From: an uncultured delta proteobacterium
GTDB taxonomy: Bacteria > Myxococcota_A > Polyangia > Haliangiales > Haliangiaceae
DNA: 64,000 bases
Direction: 5' to 3'
NCBI GenBank assembly: GCA_963848295.1
Contig: CAWKDB010000002.1
Coordinates: 960,001 to 1,024,000, forward strand
Part shown: positions 11,152-21,583 of the stretch, piece by piece
Layout of the letters: each line of letters begins with the position of its first letter
How positions within the stretch are numbered: position 1 is the stretch's first letter
Notes under the pieces: generated by a model
Seen by the model: the letters and a program-made list of their open reading frames with translations, nothing else
What the model was told of the DNA's origin: nothing
The model's database searches: none
Translations under genes and position numbers: made by a program

Positions 11152-12477
11152 TTAGGTCGGCGCGAACGCGAGCGTCATCGTGAACCGGACCGGCTTGCCG
11201 TCCTTGGGCTTGGGGAACTCGACCGCGCTCAGGACGCGGTGAACACACGACGCGACCTCGGCCATCGCAGGCGTCGCGTTGGTCGATACGTTCGACGCGG
11301 CACCACTGGCGTCGAGCGACACCTCCACGTCGACCGAGGCGACCACGCGCTCGAACAACGGCAGCGTGTCGTAGCAACCGACGAGATCGGTGCCCTGCCG
11401 CTTGACGTAGCGCCGCGCGACGGCGACTTCGTAGTCACCCTGCACGCGGACCTTGCCAACCGTGACGCGCGATGGGGTCGCCGTGCGCGGCGACGATCCG
11501 GTCGCAGCGGGTGCGCGGTAACTGTCGACGGCGCTCCACTGGACGACGGCTTCGTTCGCCCACACCGGCGCGACGCCGAACTGCGTCACGAGGTCGTAGC
11601 GCGTCCAAGTGCCGTCGTGCTCGACCGGCTTGTGGCCCGCGGCCGATTGCAGGTGACCGATGACGCGACCGCCGATCGCATCATACAGGTCCACCGGAAT
11701 GTCTCGCGAATCGCCGCGAGAGCCACCGAGCAGGCCGCCGACGATCTCGCGATCATGTACGGGGGACGCTGGCTTGACGAGCTGCGAGCGGATCCACCCG
11801 GTGAGCACGAAACCGTCGATACGCAAGTCGACGCTGACGAGCGTGTACGCTCCGAACGTCGTCATCGCGGTGGCGGGCACGGGCTGCTTGCCGTTGCGCG
11901 TCGCGAACACCTGACCGGCGGCGCCGTCGAGCAGCTGGAAGCTCGCGGGCAACACCATATCGGCCTTGGGTCGCGGCGGATGCGGCGCGCTACCGTCGAT
12001 CACGCCCGGCTCGTGGCGGGTGCCGAGCGCCGCGGTAGCCACGAGGCCGGTGACGTCGATCCTCGCGTCGTCCCACTCCCAGTGAATCGTGACGCGGCTC
12101 GTGCCATCGCGTTGCGCGGTCGCTTCGTCGATCCGCATGCCCTGGCCGAGCCGAGCGCCGGCCTGTGACTTCGCGCCGGCCGGATGGAGCTCGGTATCGA
12201 CGATCGCGACCGTGCTGAGCCCCGCGCGATCGAGGTAGAGCTGCAGGAATCCATTGCCGACGTACGTGGTGACGAGCATGCGCTTGCCGGTGTCGTTCTC
12301 GAGCTCGAGCGTCGACCGCTCGGTAGGGTCCGGATCGGTCGGGTTCGCGAGCCACGGGCCATCGCTGGTAAGCGACGCGTGTGCGTACGGCTTCGCGCGT
12401 ACGAGCGGCTTCGCATGGGCCGCGGCGGCGCACAGCGCGAGGACGACGATCGCCGACGTCTTCGATGGCAAGCCCAT
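11152..12477 (-). CDS. Secreted protein with C-terminal AgmX/PglI-type (TonB-C-like) domain
   Basis: Signal peptide ending AAAHA; C-terminal LVGCYD...VASCV...VEFPKPKDG...FTMTLAF; start could also be 12486. Confidence 0.65.
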   Translation of the reverse strand: MGLPSKTSAIVVLALCAAAAHAKPLVRAKPYAHASLTSDGPWLANPTDPDPTERSTLELENDTGKRMLVTTYVGNGFLQLYLDRAGLSTVAIVDTELHPAGAKSQAGARLGQGMRIDEATAQRDGTSRVTIHWEWDDARIDVTGLVATAALGTRHEPGVIDGSAPHPPRPKADMVLPASFQLLDGAAGQVFATRNGKQPVPATAMTTFGAYTLVSVDLRIDGFVLTGWIRSQLVKPASPVHDREIVGGLLGGSRGDSRDIPVDLYDAIGGRVIGHLQSAAGHKPVEHDGTWTRYDLVTQFGVAPVWANEAVVQWSAVDSYRAPAATGSSPRTATPSRVTVGKVRVQGDYEVAVARRYVKRQGTDLVGCYDTLPLFERVVASVDVEVSLDASGAASNVSTNATPAMAEVASCVHRVLSAVEFPKPKDGKPVRFTMTLAFAPT

Positions 12478-12523
12478 GGTGATCATGACGCAGCATCGCC
12501 GCTGGCAGTCGCATGCCGAACGG

Positions 12524-13348
<825 letters not shown>

Positions 13349-13387
13349 GCTGCGCTTCTACCACGAGTGCCGTGCTACGCTCGCAGC

Positions 13388-13777
13388 ATGATTCCGTACG
13401 ACGATCTCGTCGCGGCATTGTCCTCGTGGCGGGCGAACCAGGGCCTGGCAGTCGTCGGCGCACCCGCCGCGCCGCGCTCGACGCCACCCGCCGGGATCCC
13501 TCGCACGAATCCGCCCGCGCCGCCGCCGATGCGCGCCGCTCCGGTCGCGCCGCCGCCGCTCGAGGCGCACGACGACCTCGATCTCGACGCGCTGCTGCCC
13601 GAGGCGCACTACGAGAACGAAGGCGACGACTTCGCGATGTCGTTCGGCAACACCACCGACGATCAGACGATCGCCCCGGACGCGCCGCCGGCGGCTCGCC
13701 CGTCCGATGCGTTCGGCACCGTCACCGATCCGAGCCCTGCTCCGGGCGGCAGTCGCAAGCGCAACGACGACTGGTGA
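13388..13777 (+). CDS. Hypothetical Pro-rich/acidic protein (129 aa)
   Basis: ATG preceded by TGcTACGCT (extended -10); its stop overlaps the next start (GTGA). Confidence 0.65.
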   Translation: MIPYDDLVAALSSWRANQGLAVVGAPAAPRSTPPAGIPRTNPPAPPPMRAAPVAPPPLEAHDDLDLDALLPEAHYENEGDDFAMSFGNTTDDQTIAPDAPPAARPSDAFGTVTDPSPAPGGSRKRNDDW

Positions 13778-14580
13778 CCGACCACGAGCGGGTCACCGTC
13801 GAGATCCTCGGCGCACAGCTCGACGGCGCCGCCATCGGACGTCGTGACCGAATGCTCGTGCTCGTGCCCGCGGTCGAAGCCTGCGGGCAATGTGATATCT
13901 GCCGGCGCGGCGGCGCGACCGTGTGCCCGTCGGCGCGAGCGCGTCCGGAGGTCGTCGCCGGCCGCTCGATCGAGATGTCGAGCCGCTGGCTCGTGCCGCT
14001 CGGCGACGGCCTCGAGCTGCCGGTGCCCCACGGCGCGGCGGTCGCCGGTGAGGTCGCGACCGCGTACACGCTCTACGCGCGCACCGGCCTCGCGCCGCGC
14101 GATCCGGTCGTGGTCGTGGGTGCGAGCGCGGTGACGCGCTTCCTCGTCGAGATCCTGATCGGCAAGGGCATCGCGCCGACCGTGCTCGCGACCGAGGGGC
14201 CTGCCTCGTGGATCGCGTGGCTCGGCGAACGCGGTGCTCACGTCGCGCACTCGGTGGCGGAGGTCGGCGAGCGGATCGCCGCGCAAGGCAACGGCGCTCG
14301 ACCGTGGCGCGTGATCGCGACGACGCCGGCGAGCGCACCGATCGCCGCGACGCTGTGCGGCCCGCGCGCGACGCTGACCGTGCTCGCTCGCGAACCGATG
14401 ACACTCGACCTCGGCGCGGCGCTCGCCCGCGAGGTCACGGTCATCGGCGTGAGGGCCGCGCATCCCGATCTGATCGTCGAGGCAGCGGCGATGGTCGCGC
14501 GCGGCGAGGTCCGGCTGCTCGACGGCGTCGAGCTCGGAGCGACGACCGATGCGACTCGTGCGCTCGTGCTCAGCGCGTGA
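13774..14580 (+). CDS. Degenerate zinc-binding alcohol dehydrogenase (MDR)-like protein
   Basis: Structural-Zn motif CGQCDICRRGGATVC plus a Rossmann-like half; no catalytic Cys/GHE segment, and GxGxxG is replaced by GASAVT. Confidence 0.7.
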   Translation: MTDHERVTVEILGAQLDGAAIGRRDRMLVLVPAVEACGQCDICRRGGATVCPSARARPEVVAGRSIEMSSRWLVPLGDGLELPVPHGAAVAGEVATAYTLYARTGLAPRDPVVVVGASAVTRFLVEILIGKGIAPTVLATEGPASWIAWLGERGAHVAHSVAEVGERIAAQGNGARPWRVIATTPASAPIAATLCGPRATLTVLAREPMTLDLGAALAREVTVIGVRAAHPDLIVEAAAMVARGEVRLLDGVELGATTDATRALVLSA

Positions 14581-16315
14581 TCAGGACGATCAGCAGGATC
14601 AACAGGACGATGCCGGCGCCGATCGCGAGGAGGATCTTCTGCCGGCCGGCCTTCATCTCGCCGATCAGCGCGTCTTCCGATACGCCGGTGCCACTCCCCG
14701 CTTGGTCTTCGCGGATCGAGCTCATCATCTGCGTCCCGCCGGTGCGCAAGCTGTACTTCTCTTTGTCGCCGCGCGAGATCGAGCCGTCGTCGCGATAGCG
14801 ATCCTCGACCGGGAGCGAGTCGACCTTGTCGTTCGCGCCGTCCTTGCCGGTCCGCGCGCGCTCCTCGGCCGCAGCCTCGGCGGCCTGGACATCGAGGTCG
14901 CCCTTCTTGAACCACATCGTCTCGCGGAACTTGCCCTTGGTCGGCTCGTCCGCTTTCTTCTTCGCCGCATTCGCCGCCGCCGACACCTGCGGCGACGCGA
15001 GCACCGGCGCCGCGACGATCGGCGCTGCTACGACGGGCGGTGCCACGACGGGCGGTGCGACGATCGGAGCCGCCACGACGGGCGCGGCGACCACCGGCGC
15101 TGCCGGCTGCCCGGCCGGCCCCGCCCACGGCGATCCCGACCCAGCGGACGCCGCCAGCGGCACGCCGACCATCGTGGCTTGAACCTGTTGCGCGAGCGGC
15201 ATCGCGGGAGCCGGAGCCGAGGCCGGCAAGACCGGCGGCGCGACGATCGGCGCGGCCATCGGCGGCGCAGCAGCGACCGACGGAACGCCGAGGCCCACCG
15301 TCGCCGCGGTCGAGATCGGAGCGCCGACGCCACCGCGTCCGCGCATGCCGAGCAGCGTCTGCACGAGCTCCGGCTTGGGTTTGCCGACCTTGCCCATCGC
15401 CATCGTCTGCTTTAGTTCGACCACTTCGCCGGTTCCTACACGGGCGACTTCGTCGACCAGCTGGCGCACGGTCAGGAACCGCTTCGTCGGGCTGCGATCG
15501 AGCGCGCGCATGATCACGGCATCGAGCGCCGCCGGGATGTTCGCGAGCTGCGCCGGCGGCCGGATCGACCCGGCGGCGTGCTGCTTGTGGATCTCGTCTG
15601 GCGAGCCGGTGAACAGCGTCTGGCCGGTCAGCACGAAGTAGTAGAGCGCGCCGAGCGAATACAGATTGCTGCGCTGATCGACCGCGCGGCCCTCGACCTG
15701 CTCGGGTGCGACGAACTCCGGCACACCCGGGATCTTGTCGTTCGTCGGCACCGGCAGCGAGAAGTTCACGAGCTTGACGTCGACGCCGGCGAACAAGATG
15801 TTCTTCGGCGCGAGGTCGCGATGGACGACGCCGACCTGCGCCGCCTCGATCAGCGCCTCGCCGATCACCGAGATCAGATCCGCGGCTTGATCGAGCGGGA
15901 TGCCGCCGCGCGCGCGGATCGCCGCGTCGAGGGTCTGCGCGCCATCGAGCAGCTCCATCGCGATCCACGTGACGTCGCCCGGGCGCTTGCCCGACGCGAT
16001 CAGCTTCGCGACGCCCGAGCTCGACACGCGCTCGAGCTGCTTGAGCTCGCGCTCGAGCCGCTGCGCGACCCCGGGCAGACCGACCACCGCAGGCGATACG
16101 AGCTTGACCGCGACCGCCTTGCCGGTCGTCTTGTCAGTCGCGCGATGGACGGCTCCGGTCCGCTGACCCCCGAGCTGCGGGCCGAGCTCGAACCGCGCGG
16201 TCAGCGAGTCCTCCCCCCCCGACGACGTCTCGATCGGCTTGAGCCGAGCGGCGTCGACCGGGCAGAAGTTCGCGTCGTCGCTAAACTGCTTGTTGCACTT
16301 GGGGCAGAGCTTCAT
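14570..16315 (-). CDS. Ser/Thr kinase-like protein (probable pseudokinase) with N-terminal zinc ribbon and C-terminal TM anchor
   Basis: CPKC...CPVD ribbon; VAVK, HRDLAPKN, NFS in place of DFG, APEQ, DQRSNLYSLG; Pro/Ala/Val linker; terminal hydrophobic helix. Confidence 0.85.
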   Translation of the reverse strand: MKLCPKCNKQFSDDANFCPVDAARLKPIETSSGGEDSLTARFELGPQLGGQRTGAVHRATDKTTGKAVAVKLVSPAVVGLPGVAQRLERELKQLERVSSSGVAKLIASGKRPGDVTWIAMELLDGAQTLDAAIRARGGIPLDQAADLISVIGEALIEAAQVGVVHRDLAPKNILFAGVDVKLVNFSLPVPTNDKIPGVPEFVAPEQVEGRAVDQRSNLYSLGALYYFVLTGQTLFTGSPDEIHKQHAAGSIRPPAQLANIPAALDAVIMRALDRSPTKRFLTVRQLVDEVARVGTGEVVELKQTMAMGKVGKPKPELVQTLLGMRGRGGVGAPISTAATVGLGVPSVAAAPPMAAPIVAPPVLPASAPAPAMPLAQQVQATMVGVPLAASAGSGSPWAGPAGQPAAPVVAAPVVAAPIVAPPVVAPPVVAAPIVAAPVLASPQVSAAANAAKKKADEPTKGKFRETMWFKKGDLDVQAAEAAAEERARTGKDGANDKVDSLPVEDRYRDDGSISRGDKEKYSLRTGGTQMMSSIREDQAGSGTGVSEDALIGEMKAGRQKILLAIGAGIVLLILLIVLITR

Positions 16316-16412
16316 CGCCTCATCCCTGGAATGGGCCGATCGTAGGGCCATCCCCGAGGGATGGCAAACCTAGCACGCCCATTGATCATTGGGCCCCAGG
16401 CTACCGGCGACA

Positions 16413-16442
16413 TTGACAATCCTCGCCTCCCGACGCTAGAAC
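16413..16442 (+). promoter_or_regulatory. Sigma70-type promoter
   Basis: TTGACA-N18-TAGAAC, 11 nt before ATG 16454. Confidence 0.6.
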
Positions 16443-16453
16443 CTCGCACCGCC

Positions 16454-16612
16454 ATGGCTTCCAACACCTCCTCCACTCGCGTCAAGCGTAAGAACAAGCA
16501 CGAGAAGGCGGGACGCCGCCGCAAGAACAAGCTCGCGAAGAAGTCGACCGCGTCGGCGGTCGAGCTGTTCGCGGCGCTCGGTTCGCCGGGCAAGCCCGCT
16601 CCACGCGCCTGA
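16454..16612 (+). CDS. Small highly basic protein (52 aa)
   Basis: MASNTSSTRVKRKNKHEKAGRRRKNKLAKKST...; AAG/AAC-rich coding pattern; has its own promoter. Confidence 0.75.
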   Translation: MASNTSSTRVKRKNKHEKAGRRRKNKLAKKSTASAVELFAALGSPGKPAPRA

Positions 16613-16618
16613 CGCACC

Positions 16619-17083
16619 GTGCGTCGGCTCGCCGCCGTCCTCGTGTTCGCGGGTGCCGCCGGCGGCCTCGCGCTCACCGCCTTCGGCTGGTACGTGCGCG
16701 GGTCGGCTCTCGACCGTTCGAGTCACTTCGTCCGCGGGTTCGCGCTGGTGTTCGCGTACGGCGGCACGGCACAGCTCATCGGGATGCTCGCGGTCGCGAT
16801 GTGCGGGCTCGGAGTCGGTGTCGCGATCTGGCGCGGCTCGCGCACGGCGTGCCTCGGCGCGGTGGTCGCGTCGGCGGCGATGATCGCGCTGGTGTGGGTC
16901 GCGCGCTCGATGGCGATCCGGCTCGAGGACCCTAGGTTCGTGCACAAGAGCCCGTACGTGCAGGCGGCGACGTCGTTCGCGATCGCGGTCACGTGCTACG
17001 CGGCGCTGCTCGGCATCGCGTCGGCGGTCGCGTGGATCATGGAACGTCGGCCGAAACTCGATCGACCCCGAACACCCCTTTGA
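16619..17083 (+). CDS. Hypothetical membrane protein (~4 TM)
   Basis: Four hydrophobic segments; overlaps the rel 3' end by 47 nt. Confidence 0.6.
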   Translation: MRRLAAVLVFAGAAGGLALTAFGWYVRGSALDRSSHFVRGFALVFAYGGTAQLIGMLAVAMCGLGVGVAIWRGSRTACLGAVVASAAMIALVWVARSMAIRLEDPRFVHKSPYVQAATSFAIAVTCYAALLGIASAVAWIMERRPKLDRPRTPL

Positions 17084-19200
17084 TCCGCGACAGCGAGCGG
17101 ATCACCTGCTTGAGCTGATCGAGATCTTTGACCAGCGCGTGGAACGTATTGACCGCACGGCCATCCTCGGTCGCGCGGCAGTGCGCTTGCGTGATGTTGA
17201 CGCCCTGATCGGTGAACGACTGGGAGATGTGCGCGAGCAGCCCGGGCTTGTCGGCGCACATGACCTGGATCGCGACCTCGTGCTGCGCCTTGCTCGCGCC
17301 ATCCCATTCGACCTCGATCCGGCGATCGGGATCGAGGTCGAGCCCCTTGTCGCAATCGCGGCGATGCACGGTGACGCCGCGGCCGCGCGTGATGAACCCG
17401 ATGATCGGATCGCCGGGCAGCGGGCGTGCAGCACTTCGCGAACCGCACGAGGATGTCCTGCTCGCCCGCGACCTTGATGCCCGACGACGTCGTGCGGCGC
17501 GTGACCTTGCGGAGCAGCGTCTTCAACATGCTCTCCGGCTTCGCCGCGGGCTCGTCGCCCTTCTTCGCGAGGTCGGCCTTCTCGAGCACCTGCTGGACCG
17601 TGAGCTTGCCGTAGCCGAGCTGGACGATCAGCTCGTCGACGTTCGCGCACCCGAGCTCCTTCGCGGCGTGCAGCAGCTGCTTCTCGGCGCGGTTCGGCGA
17701 GGTGTCGTGCTTGCGCAGCGCCTTCTCGAGCAAGTCGGTGCCGAGCGACACCGCCTTGTCGCGTTGCTCCTCGCGCAGCAGGTAGCGAATCTTCGTGCGC
17801 GCGCGCGCGGTCTTGACCAGCTTCAACCAGTCCTTGTTCGGCTTCTGGTTCGGGCTCGTGATGATCTCGACCGTGTCGCCGTTGCGCAGCTGGTAGCGCA
17901 GCGGCACGATCATCCCGTTGACCCGCGCGCCGGAGCAGTGGTCGCCGATGTTCGAGTGCACCGCGTACGCGAAGTCGATCGGGCAGCTCCCTTTGGGCAG
18001 GGGCTTGACGTCACCTTGCGGCGTGAACACGAACACCTCGTCGCCGAACAAGTCGATCTTGACCGACTCGAGGAACTCGGTCGGGTCGCGCAGCTCCTTC
18101 TGCGCCTCCATGAGCTGGCGCAGCCACGCGAACTTCTTGTCGTCCTCGAGCGAGAGCAGGGTCGCGGAGCCGTCCTTGTACTTCCAGTGCGCCGCGATGC
18201 CGTGCTCGGCGACGACGTTCATGTCGTTCGTGCGGATCTGGACCTCGATGCGCTCGCCCTTCGGGCCGATCACGGCGGTGTGCAGCGACTGGTAGAGGTT
18301 CGGCTTGGGCAGCGCGATGTAGTCCTTGAACCGGCCGGGGATCGGCGTCCACGTCGAGTGCGCGACGCCGAGCGCCTGATAGCAGTGCATCTGGCTGTCG
18401 GTGATCACGCGAAAGCCGATCGAGTCGTGGATCTCGGCGAACGGCCGCTGCGTCCGCTTCATCTTCGTGTAGATCGACCACAGGTGCTTCGCGCGGCCCA
18501 TGACCTCGCACGGCACGCCCCCTGTCTCCATCTCGGCTTTGATCAGCTTCTCGACGTGGTGGATGTAGTCCAGCCGCTCGGCGCGGGTCTTCGCGATCTC
18601 GCCCGCGAGCTGCTCGTACTCGCCCGGATAGATGTACTTGAACGCGAGGTCCTCGAGCTCGACCTTGATCCACTGGATACCTAGCCGATTGGCGAGCGGC
18701 GCGTAGATCTGCATCGTCTCGGCGGCGATGCGCTCCTGCTTCTCGGGCGGCAGGTGATTGAGCGAACGCATGTTGTCGAGCCGGTCGCACAGCTTGACCA
18801 GGATGACGCGGATGTCGCGCGCCATCGCGAGCAGCATCTTGCGGAAGTTCTCCGCTTGCTGCTCCTCGCGCGTCGAATAGGGCAGCTTGCCGAGCTTCGT
18901 GACGCCATCGACGAGGAACGCGATCTCCTTGCCGAACAAGTCGCCGAGCTGGTCGACGGTGGCGGTCGTATCCTCGACGCAATCGTGCAACAAGCCCGCG
19001 CACACCGACGCGACGTCGAGCTTGAGCTCGGCGATGATCTGCGCGACCGCGAGCGGGTGCGAGACGTACGGATCGCCCGACTTGCGGGTCTGGCCTTCGT
19101 GGGCGTGCGACGCGAACTCGTAGGCTCGGCGCAGCATCCCGACGTCTGCGGTCGGGTGGTAACCCGCGATTTCAGAGAGGATCTGGTCGAATCGGTGCAC
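17037..19200 (-). CDS. rel: Bifunctional (p)ppGpp synthetase/hydrolase (Rel/SpoT); 1 frameshift
   Basis: HD domain (LLHDCVED), synthetase RFKDYIALPKPNLYQSLHT, TGS (PIDFAYAVH), AKCCTP; extra C near 17423 separates the ACT domain (ORF 17037-17369). Confidence 0.95.
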
Positions 19201-19256
19201 AGCTAGAGCGAGCCGGCGAGCACCGGCTCATCCGGCAATGTAGCACGCGACCCGGG

Positions 19257-19949
19257 TCACTCCGAGGCGAGGGTGTCGTCGAACTTCCACAGGAACTCGA
19301 ACGCGTGCCCGCTGCGCCTGATGATGAGCTTCAGCCACCGGACGTTCTTGCTCATCATGTCGCGCTGATAAAATACGAAGTCGGCGTTGCCGCGATAGAC
19401 CGACAGCGTGCCGAGCGTCATCGGCCGCCTCCAGCCCGAGTACTCGTCATGGCCGATCGTGTTGATGCAGCCACCGCCTGCGTCGCGACCGTGCGAATCG
19501 CAGATCGCGGTCTGCTGCTCGCGGCCCCACATCTGCGTGATGATATGGGTTCGCGCGTGCTCGACCGTCTCGGGCCTCCACTCGTGGCCCTTGTCGTCGA
19601 CGAGCTCGACGTCCCACGTGTTCAGGTCGGCCCACTCTTCCCATTTGTGATCGAGCTGGACGTGGAACCGCAGCCGATCGCGCGACACCATCGTGAAGCT
19701 GGCTTCGTTGAACAGCGGATAGTGATGGTTGTGAACCGGAGACGACTCGCGGTCGCGCACATTGGTGACCGGCGCGTCCGGCATGTCGAGCTCCATGTCG
19801 CCGGTCACGATCGAGATCTTCTCGGATTGGCGCAGCGTGTCCGCCGGCGTGTCGAGCGGGTTCGGCTGGATCGCCACCGCGGTGAACGTCCGCCCGCAGC
19901 CGGCGGCGAGCGCAGCCACGACCACGGCCGACGCGACGCTGCCGCCCAT
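19257..19949 (-). CDS. Hypothetical lipoprotein
   Basis: Lipobox LAAGC; fills the gmk-rel gap with typical codon usage. Confidence 0.7.
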   Translation of the reverse strand: MGGSVASAVVVAALAAGCGRTFTAVAIQPNPLDTPADTLRQSEKISIVTGDMELDMPDAPVTNVRDRESSPVHNHHYPLFNEASFTMVSRDRLRFHVQLDHKWEEWADLNTWDVELVDDKGHEWRPETVEHARTHIITQMWGREQQTAICDSHGRDAGGGCINTIGHDEYSGWRRPMTLGTLSVYRGNADFVFYQRDMMSKNVRWLKLIIRRSGHAFEFLWKFDDTLASE

Positions 19950-19984
19950 AGCTCCACTTTCGCTCGGTCGAGCAACGTCGTCAA

Positions 19985-20668
19985 TTACGGAGTGATGAGC
20001 TTGCGCGCGAGGCGCTCGCTGCCCGATCCGCGGTTCGCTGCGACGAGCGCGCCGAGCTGCGCCAACGGGTAGGCCACGTCCGGGCGATCGGCGGTGCCGT
20101 AGCGCCGGGTCAGGTAGATCGCGCGCAACACCGCGTAAGCTCGATCGAGATCATCGTTGACGATCAGGTGTTGGTACTCGCCGTAGTGCTCGAGCTCCTC
20201 GATCGCAGTGCGCAACCGGCGCTCGATCACCTCTGGAGCATCGGTCGCACGCTGTCGCAGGCGAGAGGCGAGGATCTCGAGATCGGGCGGCAGGATGAAG
20301 ATCTTCAACGAATCAGCCGGCCAGCGCGCCGATAACGCCGCTCCGCCCTGCCAATCGACGTCGAAGATCACGTCTCGACCGGCGGACAGCGCGGCCTCGA
20401 TCGGCGCTTGCGCGGTGCCATAGCGGTTGCGATGGACGAACGCGTGCTCGGCGAACTCGCCGTGCTCGACCATGTCCTCGAAGGTCGCGGTCGTCACGAA
20501 GTGATAGTCGCGGCCCTCGACCTCGCCCGTGCGCTGTGGTCGGGTCGTGTACGACACCGAGAACTCGAGCTGCGGACCGAACTCCTCGAGCAGCCGCCGG
20601 GTGAGCGTGGTCTTACCCGCGCCGGACGGCGACGACACGATCACGAGCACTCCGCGGTCCGCGGTCAC
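19985..20668 (-). CDS. gmk: Guanylate kinase
   Basis: SSPSGAGKTT, SVSYTTRPQRTGEVEGRDYHFV, YGT, DVDWQG, IFILPP. Confidence 0.96.
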   Translation of the reverse strand: MTADRGVLVIVSSPSGAGKTTLTRRLLEEFGPQLEFSVSYTTRPQRTGEVEGRDYHFVTTATFEDMVEHGEFAEHAFVHRNRYGTAQAPIEAALSAGRDVIFDVDWQGGAALSARWPADSLKIFILPPDLEILASRLRQRATDAPEVIERRLRTAIEELEHYGEYQHLIVNDDLDRAYAVLRAIYLTRRYGTADRPDVAYPLAQLGALVAANRGSGSERLARKLITP

Positions 20669-20687
20669 CGCAGCATCTTCGCATATT

Positions 20688-21551
20688 TCACTCGACGTTC
20701 TGGACTTGCTCTCGGATCTTCTCGAGCCCGGCCTTGGCGTCGACGACGATCGCGGTGAGCTCGGCCGCCGCCGACTTGCTGCCGACGGTGTTGAGCTCGC
20801 GTCCGATCTCCTGGATCAGAAAGTCCAGCTTGCGGCCGACCGGGCCGCTCGCCGCGACCAGCGCGGTGGCCTGCGCGAGGTGCGAGGTGAGCCGGACGAG
20901 CTCTTCGGTGACGTCGGCCCGGTCGGCGAGCAGCGCGGCCTCCTGGGCGAGGCGCACCGGATCGACGGTGGCATCGCCGACGAGCTTGCGGATCCGGTCG
21001 TCGAGCCGGCGCCGCAGCTGATCGGGCACATCGGCCGCGATCGTCGCGAGCTGGTTGCGCGCGCGGTCGAGCTCGGCGAACCGCGCGGTCAAGTCGCGAG
21101 CGAGCGCGGCGCCTTCCTGGTCCCGCATCGCGCCGAGCGCGCCGAGGGCGGCATCGAGCGCGGCGAGCACCGCGGGTTGCGGGTCAGCGCCGTCGGGCTC
21201 CGCGTCGGCCGGGCCCATCACTCCGGGCTGCGCGAGCACGAGCGCGAGATCGGGCGCGTGAATCCGCAGCTGACTCGCCAGGGCCGCGAGATCGGCATGT
21301 GCCGCGACCGCGGCGGCGCGATCGATGCGCGATCCCGTTCCCGTCGGTCGCGCGACGTGGATCTGGATCGTGACCGAGCCGCGCTCGACCGCACCGCGGA
21401 CGCGCGCCGACACCGCATCTTCGACCGCCGGGCCGACCACGCCGCGCAGCTTGAGATCGAGGAAGCGGTGATTGACGCTGCGAGCGTCGACCGCGGCGCG
21501 CACGCCCGCGACCTCGGCTACGCCACGCCCGAACCCGGTCATGCTGCGCAC
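20688..21551 (-). CDS. yicC: YicC/YloC family endoribonuclease
   Basis: MRSMTGFGR, RSVNHRFLDL, GRKLDFLIQEIGRELNTVGSK, EKIREQVQNVE. Confidence 0.95.
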   Translation of the reverse strand: MRSMTGFGRGVAEVAGVRAAVDARSVNHRFLDLKLRGVVGPAVEDAVSARVRGAVERGSVTIQIHVARPTGTGSRIDRAAAVAAHADLAALASQLRIHAPDLALVLAQPGVMGPADAEPDGADPQPAVLAALDAALGALGAMRDQEGAALARDLTARFAELDRARNQLATIAADVPDQLRRRLDDRIRKLVGDATVDPVRLAQEAALLADRADVTEELVRLTSHLAQATALVAASGPVGRKLDFLIQEIGRELNTVGSKSAAAELTAIVVDAKAGLEKIREQVQNVE

Positions 21552-21583
21552 GCCGCTTGGATAACACGGGTAGAGTCTGCGAC

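Noticed and set aside
15000..15110. Tandem 15-nt-like repeats
   Set aside because: They encode the (V/I)VA(A/P)P linker of the kinase; not CRISPR or a separate element
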